Shown here: positions 12,001-19,175 of the stretch, piece by piece | Numbering within the stretch: position 1 is the stretch's first letter | Layout of the letters: each line of letters begins with the position of its first letter | DNA from: Mycolicibacterium smegmatis | Lineage (GTDB): Bacteria > Actinomycetota > Actinomycetes > Mycobacteriales > Mycobacteriaceae | Assembly: GCF_001457595.1 (NCBI RefSeq) | Contig: NZ_LN831039.1 | Coordinates: 30,001-62,000, forward strand | Direction of reading: 5' to 3' | Length of the DNA stretch: 32,000 nt | Notes under the pieces: generated by a model | What the model was told of the DNA's origin: nothing | Databases searched by the model: none | What the model saw: only the letters and a program-made list of their open reading frames with translations | Position numbers and translations under genes: made by a program

Positions 12001-13236
12001 GCCTACTACGTGCCCGCAGGCGTCGAGGCCTCCGCCGGTGAATTACGCGACGAACTGCGCGAGCACGCCGCGGCCGCCCTGCCGTCGCACATGGTGCCGT
12101 CGGGCTTCGTCGCGCTGACGGAGTTCCCGCTCACCCCGAGCGGAAAGCTCGACCGCAGGGCACTACCCGAATTCGCCGGAGCCACCGCGGGCGTGCCGGG
12201 TCGAGCGCCCACCACCGAGCGACAGCACCGGTTGTGCGAACTGTTCTCCGACGTGCTCGGGCTCGAGGTGACCGGCATCGACGACGACTTCTTCGTCCTC
12301 GGCGGACATTCTCTGCTGCTGGTGCGCCTGGCAGCGGCGCTGCGCCGCGAGTTCTCCGTCGACGTCCCGGTCGCCGATCTGATGGTGTCGCCGACGGTGG
12401 CCGATATCGACCAGCGTCTCGACGCCGCAGGTTCATCGGTGGACAGCCTCGCGCCGGTGCTGCCGTTCCGGGCATCGGGTACCGATGCTCCGCTGTTCTG
12501 TGTGCACCCTGCCAGCGGGCTGAGCTGGCAATTCGCGGGCCTCAAACGCCATCTGCCACGCCAGATCCCGATATACGGCCTGCAGTCCCCCCTGTTCACG
12601 GGGACACCGTTGCCAGAATCGATCGCCGAGCTCACAGCGCGGTACGCCGACACCATCGTCGCGGTCGCGCCGTCGGGCCCGGTCCGGTTGCTCGGGTGGT
12701 CATTCGGCGGTTCCATGGCGTTGCTGATCGCGCAGGAGCTGTCACGTCGCGGGCGTGAGGTGACGTTCGTCGGCATGCTCGACGCGCGCACCGACACCGC
12801 GGATCCGAACGCCGGGTTCGACCCCGAGGCCGTGCTGGCGGGTCTGCTGCGTGAGATGGGCTTCGGTGTGGACCCGCAGGCACGCATGACCGTGGCCGAC
12901 GCGGTGGCCCTGGTGCGCGACACCGACGACGCGATCACGGTGCTCGACGACGAGCAGATCGCCCTCGTGATCGAGAACTACGTCGCCGCCGAGAGATTGA
13001 CCGCGGACGCCGATTACGGCCGCTACGACGGCGACGTGTTCTTCGTCGACGCGACGATCCTGGAGATGGATCTGGCAGGCGTGGCCTCCCGCGGTTGGCA
13101 CGATCACGTGGGCGGCCGGCTCAAGGTCGCCGAACTCGACTGCAGGCACTCCGAGTTGATGGATGCCGAGGTGCTCGAGCGGCTGGGTCCGCTCATCGCC
13201 GCGGAGTTGCGGGGCGGTGATGTGGCTTCTGGATAG
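1..13236 (+). CDS. fxbC: Non-ribosomal peptide synthetase, 5'-truncated by the window edge; exochelin synthetase FxbC-like. Order in window: PCP-E / C-A(Thr)-PCP-E / C-A(hydroxyOrn)-PCP / C-A-PCP-TE
   Basis: Frame 1 is open from base 1 ([10 protein letters not shown]...[16 protein letters not shown]) to the TAG at 13234-13236, so the GTG at 79 is not the real start. Multiple LGGDS/LGGHS, YTSGSTG, HHxxxDG, GKLD motifs and a C-terminal GWSFGG thioesterase motif. Symbol rests on recognised locus context. Confidence 0.93.
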   Translation: MPEPVAATSGTGRTPRTDREATLLEIVASVLGIDGIGVDDDFFTLGGDSISSISVCGRARKAGLNITPRDVFRRRTIAALAASADTTQTPESGPDTGTGAITATPMLAETAQANTPLTNFYQAMVLATPAGITAHEVQRVLQTVVDAHAMLRARLVTTATGWTLTVPDQTAAIGLTVRSGALTSDCVEAEKAAAAAELDPRAGNMVRAVWFDAPEASGQLLLVIHHLVIDGVSWRILSEDLSRAWNDLAAGRDVAADAVPTSFHTWANALAQRTFDDEREYWADVLATPDPDLGSRPPDPAIDTADTVRSHEVTLPSDVTAALLTSVPAAMHGGVNDVLLTGLAVALGQWRADRGHSQNTATVISLERHGRESDLVAADLDLSRTVGWFTSIYPVRIDPGPLEWDTVRSAGAELAAAAKAVKEQLRAVPNRGLGYGVLRHLHGALDGTPPQILFNYLGRFTGGSGNDWRPVAGIGALTEGVDPSNPAMPLEINALAEERPDGTVLSMTLAWPGGLLDADDVAELGSMWADVLVALTRCDALRGHTPSDFGLVTVSQDDIDGWDRLGEVEEVLPLLPLQEGMYFHSMFGDPATDTYRVQQIAQLSGPVDPEVLRTSLTVVMRRHQALRASFNELTDGRVAQVIWSDVPVQLTVVDTDDLESIAAEELARPFNLAEAPLVRYTLVRLGDDDHRLVQTMHHIIADGWSYPVLFGDIVDHYNAAIGVGSAPQSITVTLRDHIETVTDRDRGAARQAWEQALAGAEPTALVPRPDGAPVGEHRSVVRRLDSARTAAVGRAARVHGVTVGTVLHGAWGLMLGRLLGRNRVVFGSTVSGRGGDLAGTESIVGLLINTIPVPMSWEPHATLASALIDLQDQQSALLDAQQMGLAELARLAGVREFFDTMVIVENFPSTSSAEHTDPRAVAFRGFTGTDSPHYPVSFVAYADDQLTVEIKYDAGVVTPEQAERYAERVERILTAFAETPDLPVSRIDLRTNAERQFTAGHASRPGPGRTLGASFAEVAATYPDAVAVSCGDTRLTYRELDDRAAAVAATLAERGVGAESRVAIALPRSADLIVAVLAVIKAGGTYVPIDIGAPAARVQHILADSAPVCLLTDTAERFTGVPHVILAEAAQNPARPQAPTVSPDHAAYVIYTSGSTGVPKGVEVTHRNVAALFAGTTSGLYDFGPDDVWTMFHSAAFDFSVWELWGPLLHGGRLVVVEHDVARDPERFVDLLARERVTVLNQTPSAFYPLLEADARLRRQLALRYVIFGGEALDVRRLAPWYANHESHSPRLVNMYGITETCVHVSHRALDTADTGAAGSVIGGPLPGLRIHLLDNNLQPVPAGVVGEMYIAGGQVARGYTGRPGLTATRFVANPFDGAGERLYRSGDLAMWTDAGELVYLGRSDAQVKVRGYRIELGEVEAALVTLPGVTNAAADVRHDDTGRARLIGYVVGDALDIGALRSTLAERLPDYMVPSVLLRLDVLPLTVNGKLDRAALPDPEPVEQAPAPVAGTGTASLLAGLCTEILGTTVGVEDDFFTAGGDSIIAIQLVNRARREGVRITPQQVFVHRTPAALASVLDTGSVAAPDATPDEDAGPDLGEVMLTPIVQRLAELGGTVTRFNQSELLRTPAGATVARLETAINAVIARHDALRIRLHRPAPMLWSLETTAAAPVSITRIDAHGFDDEQLRTVIATESDAAADRLDPENGVVVVAVWFDRGTDTQGRLLLVVHHLAVDGVSWRILLDDLAEAYRQALSGQRVAPAPVTTSLRQYARTVNENAQHSSRLTEFEHWTEVLAPGGELVATADVVTLTVGATRDHEIRLSTEDTAPLLTTVPAAANADVTETLVAALHLAVSRWRAARGEAADAPLVLSLERHGRDGWPDDVDLSRTVGWFTSIAPVRLPAPGEDLLNTLKAVKESLRAAPDGGLGFGQLRYCNPRTSAVLARLGTPQLLFNYLGRWAADACDDWASAPEVDALRTEPNPDLGTPYLVEVNAICDDTVDGPRLRATLTYADGELDEPSVAELGELWVAALRELGSLATGGDAALTPSDLPLVTLTQEHIDRVTGAVPGNVETIWPLSPLQEGVYLQARYATAAVYIVQNVFDFAEPVDTTALRTAYSAVMARNPVLRSAFWADDLPQPVAAIVADPVCEPRVVDLGGLPATQVERRVEEITADDRQQTFDLAAAPLARMTVLRTPDRDRLIFSYHFLLLDGWSREQLLRELFAEYTAARGGAVAQLPAPTADFTDYLRWLARQDRDVSAREWSEALRDLEAPTLLVPDAVGTDPTLALRLEFLLSEADTAALTAAARSAGVTLNALISTALAMVLAYETGRDDVVFGSTVAGRPTDLDGIDSVIGLFLNTVPTRVRLAPHRTVADTMRAVQSDRLRLMDHEYLGLGDIQRAVSTGGGPLFDSLYVLQNFLDDDTFTDMEAQYGIVGHDSIDASHYPLTWVASPGRRLWMKLEYRPDVVERDRAQGLLDRLRQVLLQVGTGVERPSAALTLPLPAEADHKRTRDAATEHDLPHASVLDLLAERAVQSGDLTALVCGGEFVDYAELLARVNRLAWVLRSRGIGPEDTVALAVPRSIDAVVALFAVLRAGAAYLPLELDYPDERLAVMLGDAEPVRVLVTGATAQRIARVASAPLTVLDAPDTCDELARARSDWDGYSPHPDQPAYVIYTSGSTGKPKGVVTPHRGLTNMHLNHREAIFAPTIARAHGRRLKIAHTVSFSFDMSWEELLWLIEGHEVHICDEVLRRDATSLVRYCHDHRIDVINVTPTYAALLFEEGLLEQAGHPPVLVLLGGEAVSTTVWNRLRDSERWYGYNLYGPTEYTINTLGGGTDDSATPTVGTPIWNTRAHILDNWLRPVPDGVPGELYIAGAGLARGYLGQPGLTASRFVANPFEPGRMYRTGDLVVRRADDNIDFLGRTDDQVKIRGYRVELGDIEAALVSHPGVSQAAVIARPDTAGSSRLVAYVVPTTENPDVLDDLRMHLTATLPAYMVPTAMATLTEIPLTDNGKLDTRALPDVAPIGRHGAGRAPQGAVEVTLCTVFAEVLGLDGPDGLSVDDDFFDLGGHSLLTIRLISRIRSELGAELTLGDVFNSRTVAALARHVTADEGDNRRPRLVAGPRPQHIPASPAQRRMLMLDRLGETGSAYNYPLVFRVRGALDVDALRDALTAVVDRHEALRTVFDDRDGVYHQRILPRGTQPPLHVSDCPEHELATRADALVEHRFDLTGEIPLRVDVLRSGPEDHTVVMLLHHIAIDEWSDAVFLADLDAAYAAHRAGTAAPLPEPVVQYADHTLWQRDVLAQLGDRQREFWRTALAGAPDELALPADRPRPARPTGAGGTLDVEITAETASALRRLAADKQVSMLMVLHAAVAVLIHRLGAGDDIVVGTPVAGRDDAALDDVVGLFVNTVVLRADLAGNPTFTELLDRVRTADLAAFAHQDLPFDHLVEELNPPRVAGRNPLFNLFVGYHLRSGTDSDMFGLPTEWTEPAVSAAMFDLGFTLVDHGGDESASITAEYAADLFDASTVHTLARRLVALLDHVVADAETRIGALDLLAPGEHDTLVVEHNATEHPLEPITLGALVSRQATSTPHATALRYEESELSYRDLDGWSDRLAAHLSARGAAPGTVVGVSLPRSVELVVALVAVAKSGAAFLPLDPEYPRERLEYMVSDARPITVLDDPDAVRRSRGEPDGELPRIDPAAWAYVLYTSGSTGRPKGVAVAHAGIVNRIACLQHAYPLGTDDRMLVKTPISFDTSVWEVFWPLSVGATLVVARPGGHREPAYLAAMIAEQCVTAVDFVPSMLEVFLDEVAGTCASLTRVTVGGEALTTELAARFAEAFPGVPLHNLYGPTEAAVDVLGWTADGGPVALGVPGWNVRAYVLDDYLNPVPAGAPGELYLAGIQLADGYLHRGALTAARFVASPFDQGARMYRTGDVVRWRADGQLEYLGRSDDQIKLRGVRIEPGEIETVLATHPAVSSVRVIARGGRLMAYYVPAGVEASAGELRDELREHAAAALPSHMVPSGFVALTEFPLTPSGKLDRRALPEFAGATAGVPGRAPTTERQHRLCELFSDVLGLEVTGIDDDFFVLGGHSLLLVRLAAALRREFSVDVPVADLMVSPTVADIDQRLDAAGSSVDSLAPVLPFRASGTDAPLFCVHPASGLSWQFAGLKRHLPRQIPIYGLQSPLFTGTPLPESIAELTARYADTIVAVAPSGPVRLLGWSFGGSMALLIAQELSRRGREVTFVGMLDARTDTADPNAGFDPEAVLAGLLREMGFGVDPQARMTVADAVALVRDTDDAITVLDDEQIALVIENYVAAERLTADADYGRYDGDVFFVDATILEMDLAGVASRGWHDHVGGRLKVAELDCRHSELMDAEVLERLGPLIAAELRGGDVASG
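58..260 (+). other. NRPS carrier protein (PCP) domain of the module truncated by the window edge
   Basis: [16 protein letters not shown] phosphopantetheine attachment motif. Confidence 0.9.
310..1670 (+). other. NRPS epimerization domain (L to D) of the truncated first module
   Basis: [33 protein letters not shown] and FNYLGRF E-domain motifs. Confidence 0.88.
1684..2990 (+). other. NRPS condensation domain, DCL type
   Basis: [14 protein letters not shown] start and intact [10 protein letters not shown]; follows an E domain. Confidence 0.88.
3000..4500 (+). other. NRPS adenylation domain, predicted threonine-activating
   Basis: Manual alignment to GrsA gives code D-F-W-N-I-G-M-V-H-K, from [24 protein letters not shown] and [11 protein letters not shown]. 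This is the recognised Thr signature. Confidence 0.88.
4540..4745 (+). other. NRPS PCP domain of the Thr module
   Basis: [16 protein letters not shown] motif. Confidence 0.9.
4800..6195 (+). other. NRPS epimerization domain of the Thr module
   Basis: [34 protein letters not shown] and FNYLGRW. Confidence 0.88.
6205..7520 (+). other. NRPS condensation domain, DCL type, with degenerate HHxxxDG motif (HFLLLDG)
   Basis: [14 protein letters not shown] start; [14 protein letters not shown] at about 6613-6654. Confidence 0.85.
7560..9090 (+). other. NRPS adenylation domain, predicted N5-hydroxyornithine-activating
   Basis: Manual code D-M-E-N-L-G-L-I-N-K, from [25 protein letters not shown] and [11 protein letters not shown]. 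It matches the hydroxyornithine signature I recall from coelichelin-type synthetases. Confidence 0.85.
9130..9360 (+). other. NRPS PCP domain of the hydroxyornithine module (no E domain follows)
   Basis: [17 protein letters not shown] motif, followed directly by a C domain. Confidence 0.9.
9400..10720 (+). other. NRPS condensation domain, LCL type
   Basis: [13 protein letters not shown] start, [11 protein letters not shown], and the [11 protein letters not shown] region typical of LCL domains. Confidence 0.85.
10740..12180 (+). other. NRPS adenylation domain of the terminal module, substrate unassigned
   Basis: Intact [35 protein letters not shown] and SGKLDRRAL. Manual code D-T-W-D-T-G-L-V-D-K is not one I can assign. 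Confidence 0.88.
12210..12425 (+). other. NRPS PCP domain of the terminal module
   Basis: [17 protein letters not shown]. Confidence 0.9.
12460..13215 (+). other. NRPS type I thioesterase domain
   Basis: [25 protein letters not shown] (GxSxG), and a C-terminal catalytic His candidate in CRHSELMD. Confidence 0.9.
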
Positions 13237-13250
13237 TGGCCGGAAGACAG

Positions 13251-13283
13251 CGGTGCCCCGCCGCGGCGTGCGGCGGGGCACCG
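13251..13283. terminator. Bidirectional stem-loop terminator candidate between convergent genes
   Basis: CGGTGCCCCGCCGC-ggcgt-GCGGCGGGGCACCG, a perfect 14-bp stem with 5-nt loop, lying between the NRPS stop (13236) and the minus-strand stop (13301). Confidence 0.8.
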
Positions 13284-13300
13284 GAAACCGGTTGTGCGCG

Positions 13301-14305
13301 TCAGGCGTTCGACAGGTCGGCCACCGGGCGGCCGTTCAGCGCGTTCGCCAGCTGCGGGGTGAGCACGTCGAGTGCGTACTGCAGCGAATCGGGTCCGCTG
13401 TAGGTCAGCGCATCGCTGAGCTTCGACTCGAACGTGGTGTACAGGGTGCGGCCGTCACGGACCACGCCCAGCCGCTCGAAGGCCGGCGAGGTGATCAGTT
13501 CGTCCTTGGTGGCGCCGTTGACGAACAGCACGTCACGATCGAGCAGGTCGAGCTTCTCCTCGCTGACATCACCCACCACGTCCTGGGTCTGGAAGCCAAG
13601 TGCGGTGAACAGCGAACGCCGCGGGTCGTTTTCGCCGAGCAGGTAGTGCCCGCCGTCGGCCGGTCCGAAGTCGACCACCAGCGTCTTACCCTCGAACTCG
13701 GGGTTGTTCCTGCGGGCCTCGTCGATCTTGCCCTGAACCTCGTCGAGGAGTTCCTTGGCCTCGGCCTCTTTACCGAGCGCCTTGCCGGTGGTGAGAAGCT
13801 GGACATCCCAAGGGGTTTCCTCGTCGGCGTAATCGGCCGACTGGATCACCGTCGGCGCGATCTGCGACAGCCTGTCGTAAGTTTGCTGATCGATGGTTTC
13901 GTAGATTGCCAGAATCAGATCGGGCTTCTGTGCCGCGATCGCTTCGAAGTCGATCGAATCCGAGCCCCAGGTGGGGATTCCTTTGCCGCCGGTGGCCTCT
14001 TGGACCCACGGCAAGTCGTTGTAGTTCTCCGAGAACTCACGTGCGCTCACCGGCACGACACCGAACGGGAGCACGAAGTCCTGGTCGGTCCAGCCCACCG
14101 TCACCACACGGCTCGGATTCTCGGGAACCGTTGTCTCGCCGAACTTGTGGCTGATGGTCGTGGCGCCCGATTCGGCCGCGGGCTCGGATTCGGAACCGCA
14201 CGCGCTCACCATGCCGATGGCGACGGCGGCCGCGAAAATCGGTGCCATGGCGCGAAGCCAATGTCGGCGCCGGTTCGGCGGCCGATCTCGATGCTGACGT
14301 GTCAC
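13301..14305 (-). CDS. Iron-siderophore ABC transporter periplasmic binding lipoprotein (FecB/FepB-type), likely ferri-exochelin binding
   Basis: 334 aa with GTG start; signal with lipobox VSAC (AIGMVSACGSES); PSRVVTVGWTDQDFVLPFGVVPV and QKPDLILAIYETIDQQTYDRLSQIAPTV typical of siderophore binding proteins. Divergent from the PanD/monooxygenase pair. Confidence 0.92.
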   Translation of the reverse strand: MTRQHRDRPPNRRRHWLRAMAPIFAAAVAIGMVSACGSESEPAAESGATTISHKFGETTVPENPSRVVTVGWTDQDFVLPFGVVPVSAREFSENYNDLPWVQEATGGKGIPTWGSDSIDFEAIAAQKPDLILAIYETIDQQTYDRLSQIAPTVIQSADYADEETPWDVQLLTTGKALGKEAEAKELLDEVQGKIDEARRNNPEFEGKTLVVDFGPADGGHYLLGENDPRRSLFTALGFQTQDVVGDVSEEKLDLLDRDVLFVNGATKDELITSPAFERLGVVRDGRTLYTTFESKLSDALTYSGPDSLQYALDVLTPQLANALNGRPVADLSNA

Positions 14306-14342
14306 GTGGATCTCCCCCTGTGGGTCCGGTTGGATGAGCTAC

Positions 14343-14361
14343 CTAGCTTAGGCTTGCATTA
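14343..14361. promoter_or_regulatory. IdeR/iron-box-like site upstream of the binding-protein gene
   Basis: CTAGCTTAGGCTTGCATTA matches 13/19 to TTAGGTTAGGCTAACCTAA; 38 bp upstream of the GTG at 14305. Confidence 0.55.
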
Positions 14362-14471
14362 CTACCACGGGATGGAGATTCACAGGAACCTGTCAGGAAA
14401 CACCCAGGAATCAGTGCGGCCCTTGGGTTTTGGTCGTCGCGAGCAAAGGTGGGGGTTGCAATGCGGCTTAG

Positions 14472-14490
14472 ATAGGTTAGCCTTCGCTAT
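14472..14490. promoter_or_regulatory. IdeR/iron-box-like site upstream of panD-like gene
   Basis: ATAGGTTAGCCTTCGCTAT matches 14/19 to TTAGGTTAGCCTAACCTAA, including an uninterrupted TAGGTTAGCCT core. Confidence 0.65.
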
Positions 14491-14555
14491 GAAAACGCTG
14501 TGGGGGGCGTGTGCTCGGCTGCGCCGGACCAACTGCATACAAGAGGGGGGTGACG

Positions 14556-14966
14556 ATGCAAAGAGTGCTGCTGGCAAGCAAGATTCACCGCGCAACAGTG
14601 ACTCAAGCGGACCTGCACTACGTCGGGTCCATAACGATCGACGCGGAACTGATGGCAGCCGCGGACATCGTCGAGGGTGAACAGGTGCACGTCGTGGACA
14701 TCACGAGCGGGGCACGACTGGTCACCTACGCCATCACCGGCACCCCGGGGTCGGGTGTGATCGGCATCAACGGCGCTGCCGCCCATCTCATTTCGCCAGG
14801 AAACCTGGTGATCATCATGTCGTTCGTACATCTCGACGAAGCCGAACGTGCCGATCACCGGGCAAACGTCGTGCACGTCGACGCCGACAACCACATCGTC
14901 ACCATCGGATCCGACCCGGCCCAGCCGGTACCAGGGGCGGCCGATCAGCTGGTGGGACGGGTGTGA
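14556..14966 (+). CDS. panD: Aspartate 1-decarboxylase (pyruvoyl-dependent), siderophore-locus copy
   Basis: 136 aa from the ATG at 14556, preceded by [38 protein letters not shown] carries the Gly-Ser self-processing site; VTYAI and INGAAAH also match PanD. The ORF-track start at 14511 lies upstream of the probable RBS. Confidence 0.95.
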   Translation: MQRVLLASKIHRATVTQADLHYVGSITIDAELMAAADIVEGEQVHVVDITSGARLVTYAITGTPGSGVIGINGAAAHLISPGNLVIIMSFVHLDEAERADHRANVVHVDADNHIVTIGSDPAQPVPGAADQLVGRV

Positions 14967-16300
14967 CAGGGACAAACATGCAGAGCATCGATCATCTCAA
15001 CGGCCGCAACGGGGACAGTCCCGTGCTCGACGTCGTGGGCGTCGGCTTCGGGCCCTCCAATCTCGCGCTCGCCATCGCGATCCGCGAGTACAACGAAACC
15101 CACGCCGAGGCCATCAACGCCGAGTTCGTCGAGGTCAAACCCGAATTCGGTTGGCACACCGGGATGTTGATCCCCGGCGCCACGATGCAGGTTTCGTTCT
15201 TGAAAGACCTGGCGACACAACGCAACCCAACCAGTGAGTTCACCTTCCTGAACTATCTCACCGAACGTCGCCGTCTCACCGAGTTCATCAACTTCAAGAC
15301 GTTCTTTCCCACCCGCCTGGAATTCCACGACTACCTGTCCTGGGCGGCCGACAAGGTCGGTGCGACCGTGCACTACGGCTCACGCGTGGTGTCGGTACGC
15401 GATACCGACGGGGCCTTCGACGTCACCGTGACCGGCGCAACCGAGGGAATCCTGCGGGCGCGCAACGTCGTCGTCGCCGGCGGGTTGCAGCCCCTGTTGC
15501 CGCCGGGTGTGCAGCGCACGCGGCGCCAGATCCACAACCACGGGCTGCTGCACGATCTCGCGGCCATGCCGGACCCGCGCCACAACCGGTACGTGGTGGT
15601 CGGCGCCGGGCAGAGCGCTGCCGAGGTGTGCGCCTACCTGCACGATCTCTCACCGGACAACGAGGTCCACGGCGTCTTCGCGAAGTACGGGTACAGCCCG
15701 GCCGACGACAGCCCGTTCGCCAACCGCGTGTTCGACCCGGACGCGGTGGACGACTTCTTCGTCGCCGATCCGGCTGTGCGGCGCCGGCTGATCAACTACC
15801 ACCGCAGCACCAACTACTCGGCGGTGGACCTCGAGCTGATCGAAGAGCTCTACGCCCGTGAGTACGCCGAGCGTGTCGCCGGACGGCGGCGGTTGTTCGT
15901 GCGTGGCGCGTCGAGCGTGCAGCACACCGACGAGGACGACGCCGGCGTGCGCGTGCACATCCGTCACCACCCGTCCGGCACGGTCGAGGAACTCGACTGC
16001 GATGCCGTCATCTACGCGACGGGCTTCATGCCTGCGCGGCTCGACGGCATCCTCGGCGACCTCTACCACGATCTGGTGCTCGAGGACGGAAACCCTGTGG
16101 TGTCAAGGGATTACCGCCTGGCGACCGTGCCGCCGACCGCGGGCGGGCTCTACATCCAGGGCAACACCGAGCACACGCACGGGCTGACCTCGTCGCTGTT
16201 GTCCAACATCGCGGTGCGCAGCGGCGAGATCCTGGAGTCGGTGATCACCCACACCAGGACCGGCACCCACCGGCTCAGCCCGGTCGGCAGCGACGCCTGA
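14963..16300 (+). CDS. L-ornithine N5-monooxygenase (FAD/NADPH-dependent siderophore hydroxylase)
   Basis: 445 aa. [17 protein letters not shown] (FAD), [37 protein letters not shown] (NADPH) and YATGFMP. GTG start overlaps the panD stop by 4 bp; an alternative ATG lies at 14978. Confidence 0.96.
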   Translation: MTGTNMQSIDHLNGRNGDSPVLDVVGVGFGPSNLALAIAIREYNETHAEAINAEFVEVKPEFGWHTGMLIPGATMQVSFLKDLATQRNPTSEFTFLNYLTERRRLTEFINFKTFFPTRLEFHDYLSWAADKVGATVHYGSRVVSVRDTDGAFDVTVTGATEGILRARNVVVAGGLQPLLPPGVQRTRRQIHNHGLLHDLAAMPDPRHNRYVVVGAGQSAAEVCAYLHDLSPDNEVHGVFAKYGYSPADDSPFANRVFDPDAVDDFFVADPAVRRRLINYHRSTNYSAVDLELIEELYAREYAERVAGRRRLFVRGASSVQHTDEDDAGVRVHIRHHPSGTVEELDCDAVIYATGFMPARLDGILGDLYHDLVLEDGNPVVSRDYRLATVPPTAGGLYIQGNTEHTHGLTSSLLSNIAVRSGEILESVITHTRTGTHRLSPVGSDA

Positions 16301-16303
16301 CGT

Positions 16304-16714
16304 TCAGGGCTTGGGGGCGACCTCGACGCTCGGCGCGAGCGTCGGCGGCTCCTGGGGTCGGCTACGGCGCCGCACGATGGAGAACGCCGCGGCTCCCCCG
16401 CCGAGCACGGTGACCGCGACCGCGGCGATCAGCAGCGGACGCCTGCGCCGCTTCTTCGGCGGGCTGACCACCTCCTGCACGGCTTCCTGGATCGTCTCGG
16501 GAAGCGCAGCAACGGCTTCGGCAGCCGCGGCGAGCTGGCGCTGAAGCTTGCCGGACTCATAGCGGCGGCGTAGCTCGGCAGCGGTTGCCTGCGCGGTGTC
16601 GGCGCCGATGCCCAGGACGCCGCGTGTGATGTCCACCGGTCCCACCGCGGTGTATTTGAGACCGCGGGTGAGGCGTTGACGAGGGGCCAATCGGACATCT
16701 GCTCTGGCGGGCAT
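16304..16714 (-). CDS. cwsA: Cell wall synthesis protein CwsA-like (single-pass membrane protein)
   Basis: 136 aa (MPARADVRLAPRQRLTRGLKYTAVGPVDITRGVLG...) with TM segment LLIAAVAVTVLGGGAAAFSIV; divergent from ppiA as in Rv0008c/Rv0009. Confidence 0.85.
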   Translation of the reverse strand: MPARADVRLAPRQRLTRGLKYTAVGPVDITRGVLGIGADTAQATAAELRRRYESGKLQRQLAAAAEAVAALPETIQEAVQEVVSPPKKRRRRPLLIAAVAVTVLGGGAAAFSIVRRRSRPQEPPTLAPSVEVAPKP

Positions 16715-16834
16715 CTCGCACCTTTCTGACACGGACTGCGTACTGCCTGTCCAGAGTGCCACTTCCGTGCTCGCGCGGGGCGGATCTGGCGGGCCCCGCC
16801 CCGGCGGCGCCACGGAGATGGCAGACTGGCCTTC

Positions 16835-17362
16835 GTGACGAGTCCTATTCAGACCGCGACCGCGACCCTGCACACCAACCGCGGCGACATCAAGATCGCA
16901 CTGTTCGGCAACCACGCCCCGAAGACGGTGAACAACTTCGTCGGCCTGGCGCAGGGCACCAAGGACTACAGCACCGAGAACGCCTCGGGTGGCACCTCCG
17001 GCCCGTTCTACGACGGCGCCGTCTTCCACCGCGTCATCGACGGCTTCATGATCCAGGGCGGTGACCCCACCGGCACGGGTCGTGGCGGCCCGGGTTACAA
17101 GTTCGAGGACGAGTTCCACCCCGAGCTGCAGTTCGACAAGCCGTACCTGCTGGCCATGGCCAACGCCGGCCCGGGCACCAACGGCTCGCAGTTCTTCATC
17201 ACCGTGGGCAAGACGCCGCACCTCAACCGGCGCCACACCATCTTCGGTGAGGTCGTCGACGAGGAGTCGCAGAAGGTCGTCGACGCGATCGCCTCGACGC
17301 CCACCGACCGTAGCGACCGTCCGACCGAGCCGGTCGTGATCGAGTCCATCACGATCGCCTGA
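16835..17362 (+). CDS. ppiA: Peptidyl-prolyl cis-trans isomerase, cyclophilin type
   Basis: 175 aa; [56 protein letters not shown] and [11 protein letters not shown]. Confidence 0.97.
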   Translation: MTSPIQTATATLHTNRGDIKIALFGNHAPKTVNNFVGLAQGTKDYSTENASGGTSGPFYDGAVFHRVIDGFMIQGGDPTGTGRGGPGYKFEDEFHPELQFDKPYLLAMANAGPGTNGSQFFITVGKTPHLNRRHTIFGEVVDEESQKVVDAIASTPTDRSDRPTEPVVIESITIA

Positions 17363-17374
17363 CGGCCCTTTTTC

Positions 17375-17438
17375 ACCGCGACTGTGCGGTCTCGTACGCC
17401 CGCCACGGCGTGTTGCGTATGAAACCGCACGGTCGCGG
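17375..17438. terminator. Large stem-loop between convergent ppiA and the PH-domain gene, possible terminator
   Basis: Arms 17376-17390 CCGCGACTGTGCGGT and 17424-17438 ACCGCACGGTCGCGG pair over 15 positions, one as G-U. An inner TACGC/GCGTA pairing lies in the loop. Confidence 0.5.
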
Positions 17439-17465
17439 GCTCTTGTGAGCGCCTAATACCCGGCT

Positions 17466-17873
17466 CTAATACCCGGCCGCCTTCAGCGCGTCGAGCACGT
17501 CGAGGGGGTCGGTTCCCAGATCCCAGCGGGTGAACACCACGAGCCTGCCGTCGTGCGCGTCGATCTCGAGCATGCGGACCTTGCGGGCGAGCCTGCGGAA
17601 CTCCGTGATGCGGATCGTGTCGATCTCGTCGTGCCGGAACGTCCTGGTGCGCGCCCATCCGCGGACCACCAGACCGTCGTCCGTGATTGCCAGTTTCGGC
17701 CGCGAACGTAACGAGAAGCTTGCGAACGTGAGCAATCCCACGGCGGCAATGCCGGCAAGAACACGTCCGGGCGGGTCTGTGATCACCGTCACAGCGGCGA
17801 TAGCCATCATAAGTCCGGCTATGCCACAACCTGCGATTCCTGCTGTCGACGGGCTCCACTGAGTTTGCTGCAC
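17466..17873 (-). CDS. PH-domain-containing membrane protein (Rv0010c-like)
   Basis: 135 aa; two TM segments (GIAGCGIAGLMMAIAAVTVI, VLAGIAAVGLLTFASF), then RPKLAITDDGLVVRGWARTRTFRHDEIDTIRI. Confidence 0.85.
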   Translation of the reverse strand: MQQTQWSPSTAGIAGCGIAGLMMAIAAVTVITDPPGRVLAGIAAVGLLTFASFSLRSRPKLAITDDGLVVRGWARTRTFRHDEIDTIRITEFRRLARKVRMLEIDAHDGRLVVFTRWDLGTDPLDVLDALKAAGY

Positions 17874-18028
17874 GGGTTATTCACACCCTCTTACCCGTAC
17901 CGATGGAGTTATCCACAGGTGCTATCCCCAATGGGGATGAATCACATCGGTGTGATTGAGAGCGGCAGACGTTGCTGGATCGGCGACGCCAAGAACATAA
18001 AATGAATTCATTATTGCCTTGTGTCAGG

Positions 18029-18313
18029 TCAGCGCCAGCGCATGGTGAGCAACAGACCGGTGATCATGAAAGCAAAGGCGATCGCGTAGTTCCACGGACC
18101 GAGATCCGCCATCCACTGGAGGAACGACGGGGTGTCGATCGGGTTGGTTGCCGCCAGCTGGAACACCAGTAGCCAGATGAGACCGAACAGCATGAGGCCG
18201 ATGAACAGAGCGACGAACCAGACACTGGACGGTCCGGCCTTCACCTTCACCGGGGTCCGGCTCACCGGCCTGGAGGTGAAGTCGTTCTTCTTGCGGACTT
18301 TGGACTTGGGCAT
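18029..18313 (-). CDS. crgA: Cell division protein CrgA
   Basis: 94 aa; [12 protein letters not shown]..., two TM segments, [38 protein letters not shown]. Confidence 0.96.
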   Translation of the reverse strand: MPKSKVRKKNDFTSRPVSRTPVKVKAGPSSVWFVALFIGLMLFGLIWLLVFQLAATNPIDTPSFLQWMADLGPWNYAIAFAFMITGLLLTMRWR

Positions 18314-18408
18314 GGGTACCTTCGCGGACAGTCGGCGTCACACGGTGCGACGATGAAGAAAGATTGCTTCAAGAGCCTAACGTAGCTGTAAGTCCTGAAG
18401 AGGAGCCG

Positions 18409-19158
18409 ATGGACCAGCCCAGCCGTTCCCGATGGCGCCTCGGTGTGCCGGTCATCTGCCTGCTCGCAGGCCTGCTGCTGGCGGCCACGCACGGCGTCTC
18501 CGGGGGCGACGAGATCCGCCGCAGCGACTCTCCCCGCCTCGTCGACCTGGTGCGCGAGGCCCAGCAGTCCGTCGACCGGCTCGCCGCGCAGCGCGACGCG
18601 CTCGCACTCGAGGTCGACAGCCACCACGGCGGCTCCCCCAGCTCACACGCCGCGCTCGACGCCATCACCGCGCGGACCGCCCAACTCGCCGTCGACGCGG
18701 GCATGGATCCCATGCGCGGCCCGGGCCTGGTGGTGACGCTCAACGACGCACAGCGCGACGCCGAGGGCCGGTTCCCCCGCGACGCCGCCCCCGATGACCT
18801 CGTCGTGCACCAGCAGGACATCCAGGCCGTGCTCAACGCGCTGTGGAGCGCAGGCGCCGAGGGCATCCAGATGCAGGACCAGCGCATCATCGCGACGTCG
18901 GCGCCTCGCTGCGTGGGCAACACCCTGCTGCTCAACGGTCGCACCTACAGCCCGCCGTACGTCATAACCGCAATCGGCGACGCCGCCGCGATGCAGGCCG
19001 CACTCGCCGAGGCGCCGCTGGTCACGTTGTACAAGCAGTACGTGCTGCGCTTCGGCCTCGGCTACACCGAGGAGCCCAAGGCCGAGGTCACTCTCGCCGG
19101 CCACACCGAGCCCGTGCGCATGCGCTACGCGAAACCGGCGGGACCCCTCGGCTACTGA
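18409..19158 (+). CDS. DUF881 family protein (Rv0012-like)
   Basis: 249 aa from ATG 18409 (TTG 18364 possible). N-terminal TM, coiled coil, MRGPGLVVTLNDAQRD and LWSAGAEGIQMQDQRI. Confidence 0.92.
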   Translation: MDQPSRSRWRLGVPVICLLAGLLLAATHGVSGGDEIRRSDSPRLVDLVREAQQSVDRLAAQRDALALEVDSHHGGSPSSHAALDAITARTAQLAVDAGMDPMRGPGLVVTLNDAQRDAEGRFPRDAAPDDLVVHQQDIQAVLNALWSAGAEGIQMQDQRIIATSAPRCVGNTLLLNGRTYSPPYVITAIGDAAAMQAALAEAPLVTLYKQYVLRFGLGYTEEPKAEVTLAGHTEPVRMRYAKPAGPLGY

Positions 19159-19175
19159 GCCGGTAACCTGGGCCG

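Noticed and set aside
79-13236. ORF-track start at 79 as the real start of the synthetase
   Set aside because: Frame 1 is open to base 1 with clear NRPS inter-domain sequence, and the GTG at 79 lies inside a PCP domain.
14488-14680. Possible leader peptide [21 protein letters not shown]... between the iron box and PanD
   Set aside because: Its ATG lies inside the iron-box-like sequence with no clear RBS, and it runs into panD in another frame. Its composition is not convincing for an attenuator.
16304-17236. 310-aa minus-strand ORF covering cwsA and most of ppiA
   Set aside because: Only the last 136 residues look like CwsA. The N-terminal part is antisense to the conserved cyclophilin, so the start at 16714 is preferred.
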